Below are positions 1-9,097 of a stretch of DNA of 27,298 bases, in pieces. Where the stretch lies: assembly GCA_030141605.1 (NCBI GenBank), contig JAQGDQ010001738.1:1-27298 (forward strand), in the 5' to 3' direction. The notes beneath the pieces are model-generated. The model was given only the letters and a program-made list of their open reading frames with translations, made no database searches and was not told where the DNA came from. The position numbers and the translations under genes are program-made. Origin of the DNA: Tubiluchus corallicola. Lineage: Eukaryota > Animalia > Priapulida. How positions within the stretch are numbered: position 1 is the stretch's first letter; every line of letters begins with the position of its first letter.

Positions 1-171
1 TATGCAAACTTGGCTTCACAAAAACCATTACAATAAAATAGGGAGAGATCCAGTGAGTATGCATATTCACTGCACCAAACAATTATACTAGGGGTGAGTT
101 TAGCTAGTAAAATGTAAAGGGATTAGTTAATAGATGGCAGCACCTAAAAATATACAGTTACAATTTCCACA
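1..171 (-). mobile_element. Solo-LTR family copy 1 (cut by window start)
   Basis: Aligns by eye with 23185-23336 and 24078-24237 (GGCTTCACAA...GGGAGAG...TAGATGGCAGCACCTAA...TACA.TT.CAA.TTC.ACA). Ends in ...CCACA at 171. Confidence 0.75.
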
Positions 172-244
172 GGCAGGTTTTACCATGATTGCTAATGACT
201 GTATATTCTGTGGTTACAAATAAAGAGTTTGATTTGAATTTTAG

Positions 245-337
245 ACATTGATGAGTGCACCACAGGAAGCCCTTGTGCAGAGGATGAGGAATGTGAGAAT
301 TTGATTGGAGCTCCTGGCTTTAGATGTCATTTGATAG
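245..337 (+). CDS. Exon E1: truncated 4-Cys cbEGF-like module (DIDECTTGSPCAEDEECENLIGAPGFRCHLI)
   Basis: ttttag acceptor, G|gtaag donor, 93 nt, phase 1-1, DIDEC motif. Confidence 0.8.
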
Positions 338-727
338 GTAAGGACTAATTACTTGATTTGAAAAGATTTTTTTTTGATAAGATGGCGCATTCAAGTTGAG
401 ACATTTGCAGTAACTTTCATCAACAACTGAATTACTTATTTGGAAGTAGGAACATCAGCAAAATGTTTGCCGTGAATAAATTGTACTTAATTTAAAATTC
501 TTAATTGTCAAATTGTACAGTTGTGAAAGCTCCGGCTGAAGTAGTATTCGTAAGTCGCCCCTTGCTAGTGTAGAAATTTCCAGTTACAAACTTGGAATGT
601 TTTTGTAACTCGCCACTAGATGGCAGACAAAAATTCACTTTTTCGTTTTAGCTGTAGTCACAGAAACTCTGTCAACAGAGGTTAACACCACTGAATGCTT
701 CATTGTAACATAATTAGTACATAAATG

Positions 728-1012
728 TCCCACATGTCCATAAAGTGGATTAACCTGACTGTTCAGAGCACAGGTGAGTAAAACAGACAGGTGACTAGCG
801 GGTAACAAACTGATAAACTGGCCAAGACCAAAAGCTTTACATTCCCGCCACAGATGTCGCCTCGTGCACGTCTCACATATCCATAAAGTGGATTAACCTG
901 ACTGTTCAGAGCACAGGTGAGTAAAACAGACAGGTGACTAGCGGGTAACAAACTGATAAACTGGCCAAGACCAAAAGCTTTACATTCCCGCCACAGATGT
1001 CGCCTCGTGCAC
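728..1012. repeat. Tandem duplication, 2 x 143 bp
   Basis: CCATAAAGTGGATT...GCCTCGTGCACG at 738 and 881, near identical. Confidence 0.95.
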
Positions 1013-1624
1013 GAATTTGTAAGCAAGATTAACAAAAAAGCTAAGTCTACTACACTAGCATATAGCATTACCGCAATGCCCAGCCAGCATATATAACAGT
1101 GCATGCGCTGTTAGAAGCTACAGCAGGACAATGCATATAGGGGTTTGTGTATTACGAACACCATAACAACCTTATTATTCAACATTATTCAATTTTACAA
1201 AACAACACACCAAAAACCACAAACATTTGCACAAGTAACCTTTTCTGGTTGAAGATGCTGGTTGTTTTGTGGTCGTATATTCAGATAATTTAAAAATTTA
1301 AGAAATATCTGCTAGTACCACATGAAATATGCGTCATTTACAATGCAAAACAGCGTAAAATATTTGATACATTTTGTGAAAATACACAAAGCCCAGAAAT
1401 GATCTCGGCACGTCTTAATAGATCCCTTTGCCGTTTTTACCTGCAAATACTCAATTGTAACAAAATTAATGAATATTGTTTAAAAAGTAAAATTTCTCAA
1501 TGGTCGCAAGTTAATCAGGCACTACAGTGAAACTTGTAACTGTAACGGCAGACTGAGATATGAGTGTAATAGTTTTAAAACTTTAATAAAACGTATACAA
1601 TTTTTATTGAGAAATTTTAACAGC

Positions 1625-2209
1625 ATAGTGTACAGTAAATTAGTACAGTGTAAAACAAATTAGTACATTGTACGGTGAATTAGTACAGTGTACGGTGAAT
1701 TAGTACATTGTACGGTGAATTAGTACAGTGTACGGTGAATTAGTACAGTATACGGTGAATTAGTACATTGTACGGTGAATTAGTACAGTGTACGCTAAAT
1801 TAGTATAGCGTACGGTAAATTAGTACTGTATACAGTGGATTAGTACAGTGTACGGTAAATTAGTATAGTATGCGGTGTATTAGTACAGTGTACGGTAAAT
1901 TAGTATAGTGTATGGTAAATTAGTATAGTGTACGGTGAATTAGTACAGTGTACGCTAAATTAGTATAGTGCGCAGTGAATTAGTGCAGTATACAGTGAAT
2001 TAGTACAGTGTACGGTAAATTAGTATAGTGCACAGTGAATTAGTACAGTGCATGCTAAATTAGTATAGTGTACGGTGAATTAGTACAGTATACAGTGGAT
2101 TAGTACAGTGTACGGTAAATTAGTATAGTGTACAGTGAATTAGTACAGTATACGGTGAATTAGTACAGTGTACGGTAAATTAGTATAGTGCACAGTGAAT
2201 TAGTACAGT
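1625..2209. repeat. 20-bp minisatellite (TAGTACAGTGTACGGTGAAT), about 29 degenerate copies
   Basis: Direct 20-bp periodicity. Ends about 20 nt upstream of exon E2. Confidence 0.97.
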
Positions 2210-2228
2210 TTGAACTGATTCATTTCAG

Positions 2229-2351
2229 ATCGAGATGAATGTGCACTGAATATAGATGACTGCAGTCGTAATGCTGAATGCACTAACACAGATGGCAGTT
2301 TCACTTGCGAATGTTTTCCTGGTTTTACTGGCAGGGGTGTACGATGTCGTG
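2229..2351 (+). CDS. Exon E2: cbEGF (DRDECALNIDDCSRNAECTNTDGSFTCECFPGFTGRGVRCR)
   Basis: catttcag acceptor, G|gtaagt donor, 123 nt, phase 1-1, 6 Cys. Confidence 0.93.
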
Positions 2352-3052
2352 GTAAGTACTCGCAGTGTGAATTCCTTTCCCAAGATTTCTGCTATTGCTA
2401 ATTGCTGAATGCACTAACACAGATGGTAGTTTCACTTGCGAATGTTTTCCTGGTTTTACTGGCAGGGGTGTACGATGTCGTGGTAAGTACTCGCAGTGTG
2501 AATTCCTTTCCCAAGATTTCTGCTATTGCTAATTGCTGAATGCACTAACACAGATGGCAGTTTCACTTGCGAATGTTTTCCTGGTTTTACTGGCAGGGGT
2601 GTACGATGTCGTGGTAGTACTCGCTGTGTGAATTCCTTTCCCAAGATTTCTGCTATTGCTAATTGCTGAATGCACTAACACAGATGGCAGTTTCACTTGC
2701 GAATGTTTTCCTGGTTTTACTGGCAGGGGTGTACGATGTCGTGGTAAGTACCGCAGTGTGAATTCCTTTCCCAAGATTTCTGCTATTGCTAATTGCTGAA
2801 TGCACTAACACAGATGGCAGTTTCACTTGCGAATGTTTTCCTGGTTTTACTGGCAGGGGTGTACGATGTCGTGGTAAGTACTCGCAGTGTGAATTCCTTT
2901 CCCAAGATTTCTGCTATTGCTAATTGCTGAATGCACTAACACAGATGGCAGTTTCACTTGCGAATGTTTTCCTGGTTTTACTGGCAGGGGTGTACGATGT
3001 CGTGGTAAGTACTCGCTGTGTGAATTCCTTCCCAAGATTTCTGCTATTGCTA
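2272..3052 (+). repeat. 6 x 130-131 bp tandem repeat made of the 3' 80 nt of exon E2, its donor and about 50 nt of intron
   Basis: Units start at 2272, 2403, 2534, 2664, 2794 and 2925, near identical. Confidence 0.97.
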
Positions 3053-4004
3053 CTTGGCAGCAACATGCCACTGTGTCTACGTACAACAGAGTTAGAACTC
3101 AAATATACTAATCATACGAAATAGCCTACTACCACAGACCTGTAATATGACTGCAAGGATAGCAAGAAGCAACGACGAAATAGGCAAGATCAAGATAAAA
3201 AAGAAACAAAACCAAAATAAATGGCGTCCAAATTAAACAAAAATAATACAGAAGAGTACAACATAAAAAGGAGTGGAGGTGATGTATGAAGAAAATGTAA
3301 ATATCTAGGCAGCCTTGTAGCAATAGATGAAGATACATCAAAAAGAAAAATCTTAGCACGAAAAGCATGTTAGAAAATAAAAAGAATTTGGAAGTAACAG
3401 GATCGATTTAGAAATGGAAACCTTTGATGAAATTGTGAAAATGAGTTGTGTTTCTCTACAACTTGCATTTATGGACAATCAGAGCACAACACAAATCAGA
3501 AATGGAATCATTCAAAAAAGAAGCTAGAGGAACATTCTAGCAATAAAATAGCCAAATGAAATATCAAACCAGGGCCGGAATTTACTAAAATATTCGTAAG
3601 AAAGTTCGCACGAAATTATTTAAGAAGTTTGTACGAACTTTTGTAAGTTGGATTCAGAAAAATTTAGTATGAAGTTCTTAGCTATTTTGTTCGTATGAAC
3701 ATTTTACACTGCTAAAATTCAGCCATGGCCAAAATCTTCAAAGCACAAGAGGAGTTTGTTGACTTTGGTCCTGCTTTTGATGTGTAGTTGTAGCACAATA
3801 GTGCAAAATGACACTCTCTTGACTCTTTTGTCAGCCGATACTAACTTTGATGAACTGGTTCTTATCATTTAGTATTACAAACACAGCTATAAATACTGTC
3901 TCAGAGATTATAAACATTAGGAGTAGGTTACTTAGTACTAGATGCATCATTCTCTTACTTTCCCGCAATAAAACTTCTCTAGATTTTCCTTATTAAGTGT
4001 ACTG

Positions 4005-4234
<230 letters not shown>

Positions 4235-4598
4235 TCAGAGATAGAAAGAGGGACTGGTATGGAGTTATAAATTTTAGTCTGATCTATTTAGCATTTGTTT
4301 TTATAAAAAACAAAAAATTAAAGTTTGACCAAATTTTTGTTGCATCATAACATAATTTTAACTGTGTCAACTTATGAACGGTTTGGTTTGCAAGCATGTA
4401 AATCCATTTTGATCATAAAGGTCAGTATAGCTCTTTTGGTTGAACTTATAAGCCAAAGATCTGTGTGATCGAAACTAGACTTGATTTCATGTTTTTTCAG
4501 TCATTTAAGGTTTTTAGATTTAATGATGCAAGATTTCTCCTATTGCCTTTATTGAAAGCTGAGAATTTAAGTAACCTTTGATCACATTTTATTTGTAG

Positions 4599-4724
4599 AC
4601 ATAAATGAATGCAGGCAGAACAATCCGTGCGATGAGAGAACCACGACGTGTGAGAACACGCCCGGAAGTTTTGAATGTTCTTGCAAAGTTGGATACAGAG
4701 AAAATGACGGAACTTCCTGTTCTG
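4599..4724 (+). CDS. Exon E3: cbEGF (DINECRQNNPCDERTTTCENTPGSFECSCKVGYRENDGTSCS)
   Basis: tttgtag acceptor, G|gtaac donor, 126 nt, phase 1-1. Confidence 0.93.
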
Positions 4725-4784
4725 GTAACAAACTTAAGAATTTTTTCCGTGTGCAAAATTTAAAGGAAAAGTCAAGTTATTTAA

Positions 4785-5871
4785 AGGAAGAACCAAGCCT
4801 TGAACAACATTTATTGCTTTTTAATATACAATTAAATATATTGACATCGCCACACAATATATGCGCATAGAACGCTTTTTTATCTCCGGCCAAATGAACA
4901 CTGCTGTCGGCATATTTGAAAAAAATGACGTAAGCTGGTGTCTGTTGGGCAGCGTGAATGCCGTGAAGGCAAGCTGGGATGAAGATACGTGTTGAGAAAT
5001 TTCTACAGTTCACTCAGAAGTTCAGTTATTCTAGCATTGTATTTAACTGTGTTTATGTAAAAATTAGTCATATGATCAATTATTTTTCTTCTTCTTCTTC
5101 CCAGCTTTTCCCTATGCGGGGTTGATGAATGAGTCTTCTCCACGCATTCCTGTTGTTGACCATCTCTTCATTTATGTCTTCCCTTCCCACATGATCTTCA
5201 CCGACGCTTCTTTTCAGGTGTCCATACCATCGCAATCTTGCTAGGCTTCCACTACTTTTACTCTTCCTCTGATATTATTATTTCTAATTTTATCTCTTCT
5301 TGTTATTCCCACCATCCATCTCAACATCCTGATCTCCACCATACCCATTTTCGTCTCTTTGGTCTTCTTTAGAGAAGCTGCTTCCAGCCCATAGATTAGA
5401 GCGGGTCTCACCACTTCTTTGTGGACTTTCCCTTTAAGTCTCACCGACTCATTCATAGAAGGTTTTCGCGCAGTTTTTACAGGTGGATGCCCTTCCTGAC
5501 CCTAACCCTCCGTATTTATCTGGGCTTGGGACCGGCACTGAGTTGGGCTGGCTTGCGAGATTTTTGTTGACTTTTAGATACACATGTAAACTTGCGTGCA
5601 TATAGTAGGTACATGGTGGGTTACTTAGTTTATAGAGTTTGCTCTACAAGTCAAAAATGATTGCTGAAGCACTTGGCAGAATAACTGTTTATATTGCACG
5701 GTAACCAGATGACGCCATTTTTCACCAAAATGAGCTCGCCCAAGCGTGGAGTGATGGCGATTTTAAATTGAAATTATTAATTACACGAGGCCCTTATCAC
5801 AATTTCATCGCTGGAATGTTTTTCTCAAATATTAGCATAAGCTCAACTTCCCGAGAGACGTGGCTTCTGCT
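4785..5871. mobile_element. Inner Kolobok/T2-like MITE interrupted by an RTE derivative
   Basis: TTAA flanks, AG...CT termini. 4785-5080 and 5560-5871 align with 18369-19091. Confidence 0.75.
5086..5556 (-). mobile_element. Internally deleted RTE-clade non-LTR retrotransposon
   Basis: ORF 5241-5456 (KGKVHKEVVRPALIYGLE...RMLRWMVGITRRDKIRN..IR) matches the RTE post-RT C-terminal motif. (GAA)n 3' tail at 5086-5100. RTE 5'-UTR-like motif GTGCCGGTCCCAAGCCC..ATAAA..GTCAGGAAGGGCATCC..GTAAAA at about 5474-5538. Confidence 0.8.
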
Positions 5872-6021
5872 TTAACATGATGGGTTTATTTTGCTGTTAT
5901 AACGTAACCCTTTCACTGCGTTGTTGCTTTTTAACTGGGCCACATTCACTTGTGCACATTTGACAATAACTTCTTGTGGTGTGTTACTAAAACAGAATCT
6001 TGTTTATAAAAAATAGTTGTT

Positions 6022-6370
6022 TGTTATTGAGTACTAATATTAAATAGTTTTATTTCTACACATGGACACATATACTAGCACACACGCACGCACACACACA
6101 TGCTCACAATCATAAATAAGCATGTACTTATATTTAGAAACAAGTTTTCACAAAAGACACAATATGAATCCATAATATGCAATCATTTGATAAGAATGCA
6201 GAACAATCAACTAAACGTACGTTTCAACAATGCTCTACAACTGATTTTGCATGGGAACATACCATACAGTACAGCATTGTGGAATGAACCTGGCTTCAGA
6301 CACTGATTGGCTGGTTAGCATTTCTAGTTGCAAAGCAACCCCAATCACATGACTGTTAAACTTTTCTACA
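6022..6370 (-). mobile_element. Probable solo LTR nested in the piggyBac-like MITE
   Basis: TGT...ACA ends and flanks TTGTT/ATGTT (4 of 5 match). On the minus strand CCAAT, TATA-like and AATAAA motifs occur in LTR order. Confidence 0.5.
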
Positions 6371-6451
6371 ATGTTTCTGCATGACCGTAGCAATGAAACA
6401 AACAGACCTGGGTGACTGCGCGTAATACTGAGCTTGGACGGCAGTCTACCG

Positions 6452-6570
6452 CTTTCTGTCCCCTGCATGAAAAACATAGGTGGCAGGGTGGCACTTTCTG
6501 TCCCTTGCATGAAAAACATAGGTGGCAGGGTGCCACTTTCTGTCCCTTGCATGAAAAGCATAGGTGGCAG
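6452..6570. repeat. 42-bp tandem repeat, about 3 copies
   Basis: CTTTCTGTCCC.TGCATGAAAA.CATAGGTGGCAG at 6452, 6494 and 6536. Confidence 0.95.
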
Positions 6571-7591
6571 TGTGTCACCTTTCATAGTGAAAGGGTTAAA
6601 CTTAGGATAATATAACAATTAAATTTGAGAAAACTGTCTGTAAAGCATAAAGTTCATTTATACTACTACTGTGTGGAAATGTTCAGGCGTGATGGTTGCC
6701 ACTATTCACTTGAAAATCGTGACATAACTGGTGGACTTCGTGACTTTTCGTAAGCGCCATCGTGGCTTTCCGTACACACGCGCTTCTTAAACTTATTCAA
6801 ATTTCTGCAGCTTACCTAATATTCATGGAAAATATCACAAAATTAACTATCTAATGTTTTTGTAAAGGAAATTGACGATGTACTGCTTTTCTTCAGTTGA
6901 TGTTATTAGTGGATGAATCGGTGTTCAAAATGGGAGCGCCCAAGCATGAAGTGATTGCAAGTTTTAAAGTCATTTTACTAGTTATACAAGGCACTCATTG
7001 TGCAGTTTTGTTACTAAATTCTTTTAATATTTTTCACAAACATTGAAATAAGCCTATCCTCCTAGAAGACTTGATCTTTCCTTTAATATTGCAAAGTTAC
7101 GCATCTTATAGAATAATATCATATACTAAGGTGTTAGAAAATGTGATGTGAGTTTAAATTTCCTTACGATTCATTAGTTTTTTTTGTCAGTGTGGTGTAG
7201 AAATCTTATTTCTTTTCAATACAATAGAAATATACAGGGTGTCTCAAAAGTAGCTCACTATATAGTGTAATGTATATGCTCAAACCAAAGTTGCGTTCCC
7301 ATATCTAAGTTAGTTTATTCTGCAAAAATACAAATTTTCTATAGTCTACAATTACTACATCTACAAACTACTGAAATAAGTACTAGAAAATAAGTGCTAC
7401 AGATTACTGCGTTACGCTAAAAAGCTAAAAATGCATACATACATTGTTGGTCCAATATTGAGTCGAGAAAAAGCCAGAATGTCAGTAAAAGTTAGCAGTA
7501 TAATTATAAGTCAAATTTTAAAGGTAACAGAGACGTGTGTACATAACAAGTTCCACCTATACAATGTCAGAGTAGAAAAAGTAGTCTAGAG

Positions 7592-7722
7592 GTTGAACTA
7601 CAGTCTAATATATTGTGGCTTCTAATGCATATACTACCTTGGGAAGGGGTAATCTAGCTTGTTGAACTACAGTCTAATATATTGTGGCTTCCAATGCATA
7701 TACTACCTTGAGAAGGGGTAAT
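7592..7722. repeat. Direct duplication, 2 x about 62 bp (period 69)
   Basis: GTTGAACTACAGTCTAATATATTGTGGCTT...GAAGGGGTAAT occurs twice. Confidence 0.9.
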
Positions 7723-8452
7723 GTACCAAAACATTTGTACCTGCAACATATACTTTACATTTTTTCATTTTTAATGAACAAAACCAGATGTCTGAAAATT
7801 GATACAGATGAACTATAACGTTGGAGCAATTCTTTTAGTCAAATTAGGCTTAAATCTGGCAAGAATTCCTGCACTAACAGGCTCTGCTAATTTCACTACC
7901 ATTTTTATGGAGCTCAAGAGCTTTGGAGACCAATCCATATCAAAGGCAAGTTGGGCATCTTGAGGAAGTCTCTCACGGCTCATGAATGGTGAAGAAGGGC
8001 TGCACTTTGTTGACAAACTGGTTGGTTGGTTGGCATCCTTCTGTCTCGGAAGACAATGGAGTGTGCGCCAAGAGAGTCAGTTATTGATCACATTGATGGA
8101 GCTGCAGCGTCGACTGTGGCTGAGCAGTGCGATCCTTGAACGTCTCCAGGGCGCACGCCTGGGCAAGGTGTATGGAGATCCTGAGTTGCCCAGACCACAG
8201 GAACCCCCTCTCTTCCTCGCTGGTGTAGTCCAAAGGAAAGCGGAGCGATACGTTTGGCACTAGGTTGGCTGCAGGAGCTGCTGGAGTCAGTGAGCATGCT
8301 GCACTGGTCCGCCTTCGGGGCTCCACTCCTGATCTGGAAGGTTTGCTCCTGTACACATGGCTGTTGGGTCACTTGACCTCCTCCGTCCTCTAGCCATTGG
8401 CTGCTTGTACAGCTCCTCTGCATAGTGTTGAGATACAGTGTGGGCATCCCGC

Positions 8453-8570
8453 AAGCCTACAGCACCTGATATTCCTAGCCGGTCACCCATCCAAGTGCTA
8501 ACCAGGCTCTACGTTGCTTAACTTCGGTGATCAGATGAGAACTGGTGTTTTCAAAGTGATTTGGCCGTAG
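8453..8570 (-). pseudogene. 5S rRNA-derived sequence (near full length, no oligo-T terminator)
   Basis: Rev-comp CTACGGCCAAATCACTTTGAAAACACCAGTTCTCATCTGATCACCGAAGTTAAGCAACGTAGAGCCTGGTTAGCACTTGGATGGGTGACCGGCTAGGAATATCAGGTGCTGTAGGCTT follows the metazoan 5S sequence, with recognisable box A and box C. Confidence 0.92.
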
Positions 8571-8876
8571 TAAATGTTGAAAAACTACATTGTTAATATT
8601 CAGAGAATACTGTGCTCCATATGGTGCTCTGAATTTCTGCTGAAGCACCTCATGCCAGACTGATTTTGCACCTCAATTGTAACGTTATCGTCATCGCTAT
8701 AGCAACGGATTCCGTTCAAAAATAATCGCAAAGCCCGTTTTTGATTCATGTAAGACCTAGCTAAGATTGGGGAAAAATTTGAAGACAAAATTTGAAATCT
8801 AAGTGCATGGTGACTTTTGAGACACCCTGTATATCATTGATAATCATTTACTGTTATTTTTGCTGTTTTATTTTAG

Positions 8877-9005
8877 ACATTGACGAATGCGCTGTTGGTG
8901 AGTCATTTTGTCAACCTCACGCCGAATGTGAAAACCTTGACGGAAGTTTTGAATGTCACTGCAACCGTGAGGGTTTCATAGGTGATGGAGAATACATGTG
9001 TGAAG
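8877..9005 (+). CDS. Exon E4: cbEGF ([43 protein letters not shown])
   Basis: ttttag acceptor, G|gtatg donor, 129 nt, phase 1-1. Confidence 0.94.
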
Positions 9006-9097
9006 GTATGTTGTTTAGTATGTTTAATTTATTACCTGCCAGTAGGTGTACTACTGGTAGCTGCTAACATATTTTACAATAACACGAATGTGAGGTT

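Larger units (their letters stand above)
5908..6595. mobile_element. piggyBac-like MITE
   Basis: TIR CCCTTTCACT...AGTGAAAGGG, flanks GTAA/TTAA. Confidence 0.65.
4764..7082. mobile_element. Outer Kolobok/T2-like non-autonomous element hosting nested insertions
   Basis: TTAA on both flanks. Left end AGGAAAAGTCAAGT versus right end (rev-comp) AGGAAAGATCAAGT. 6920-7082 resembles the right part of 18369-19091. Confidence 0.6.
7235..8829. mobile_element. Tc1/mariner-type non-autonomous element carrying a 5S-derived insert
   Basis: Perfect 17-bp TIR CAGGGTGTCTCAAAAGT...ACTTTTGAGACACCCTG with TA on both sides. No transposase recognised. Confidence 0.8.

Noticed and set aside
2456-3124. Several overlapping ORFs on both strands
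   Set aside because: Shadows of the 131-bp repeat of exon E2; no acceptor puts them in frame
3571-3720. Harbinger-like left end GGGCCGGAATTTACTAAA with TTCGTA/TACGAA motifs
   Set aside because: No partner TIR or TSD found in the window
6235-6618. 127-aa ORF with 14-aa repeats
   Set aside because: Arises from a 42-bp tandem repeat inside a MITE; no splice signals or recognisable domain
7813-8256. Two KRIAP peptides resembling the Asf1-binding B-domain of HIRA/Hir1
   Set aside because: Five-residue matches in separate short ORFs inside a decayed TE; could easily be chance
8453-8570. Functional 5S rRNA gene
   Set aside because: Single copy, altered 5' end, several substitutions and no oligo-T terminator; treated as 5S-derived
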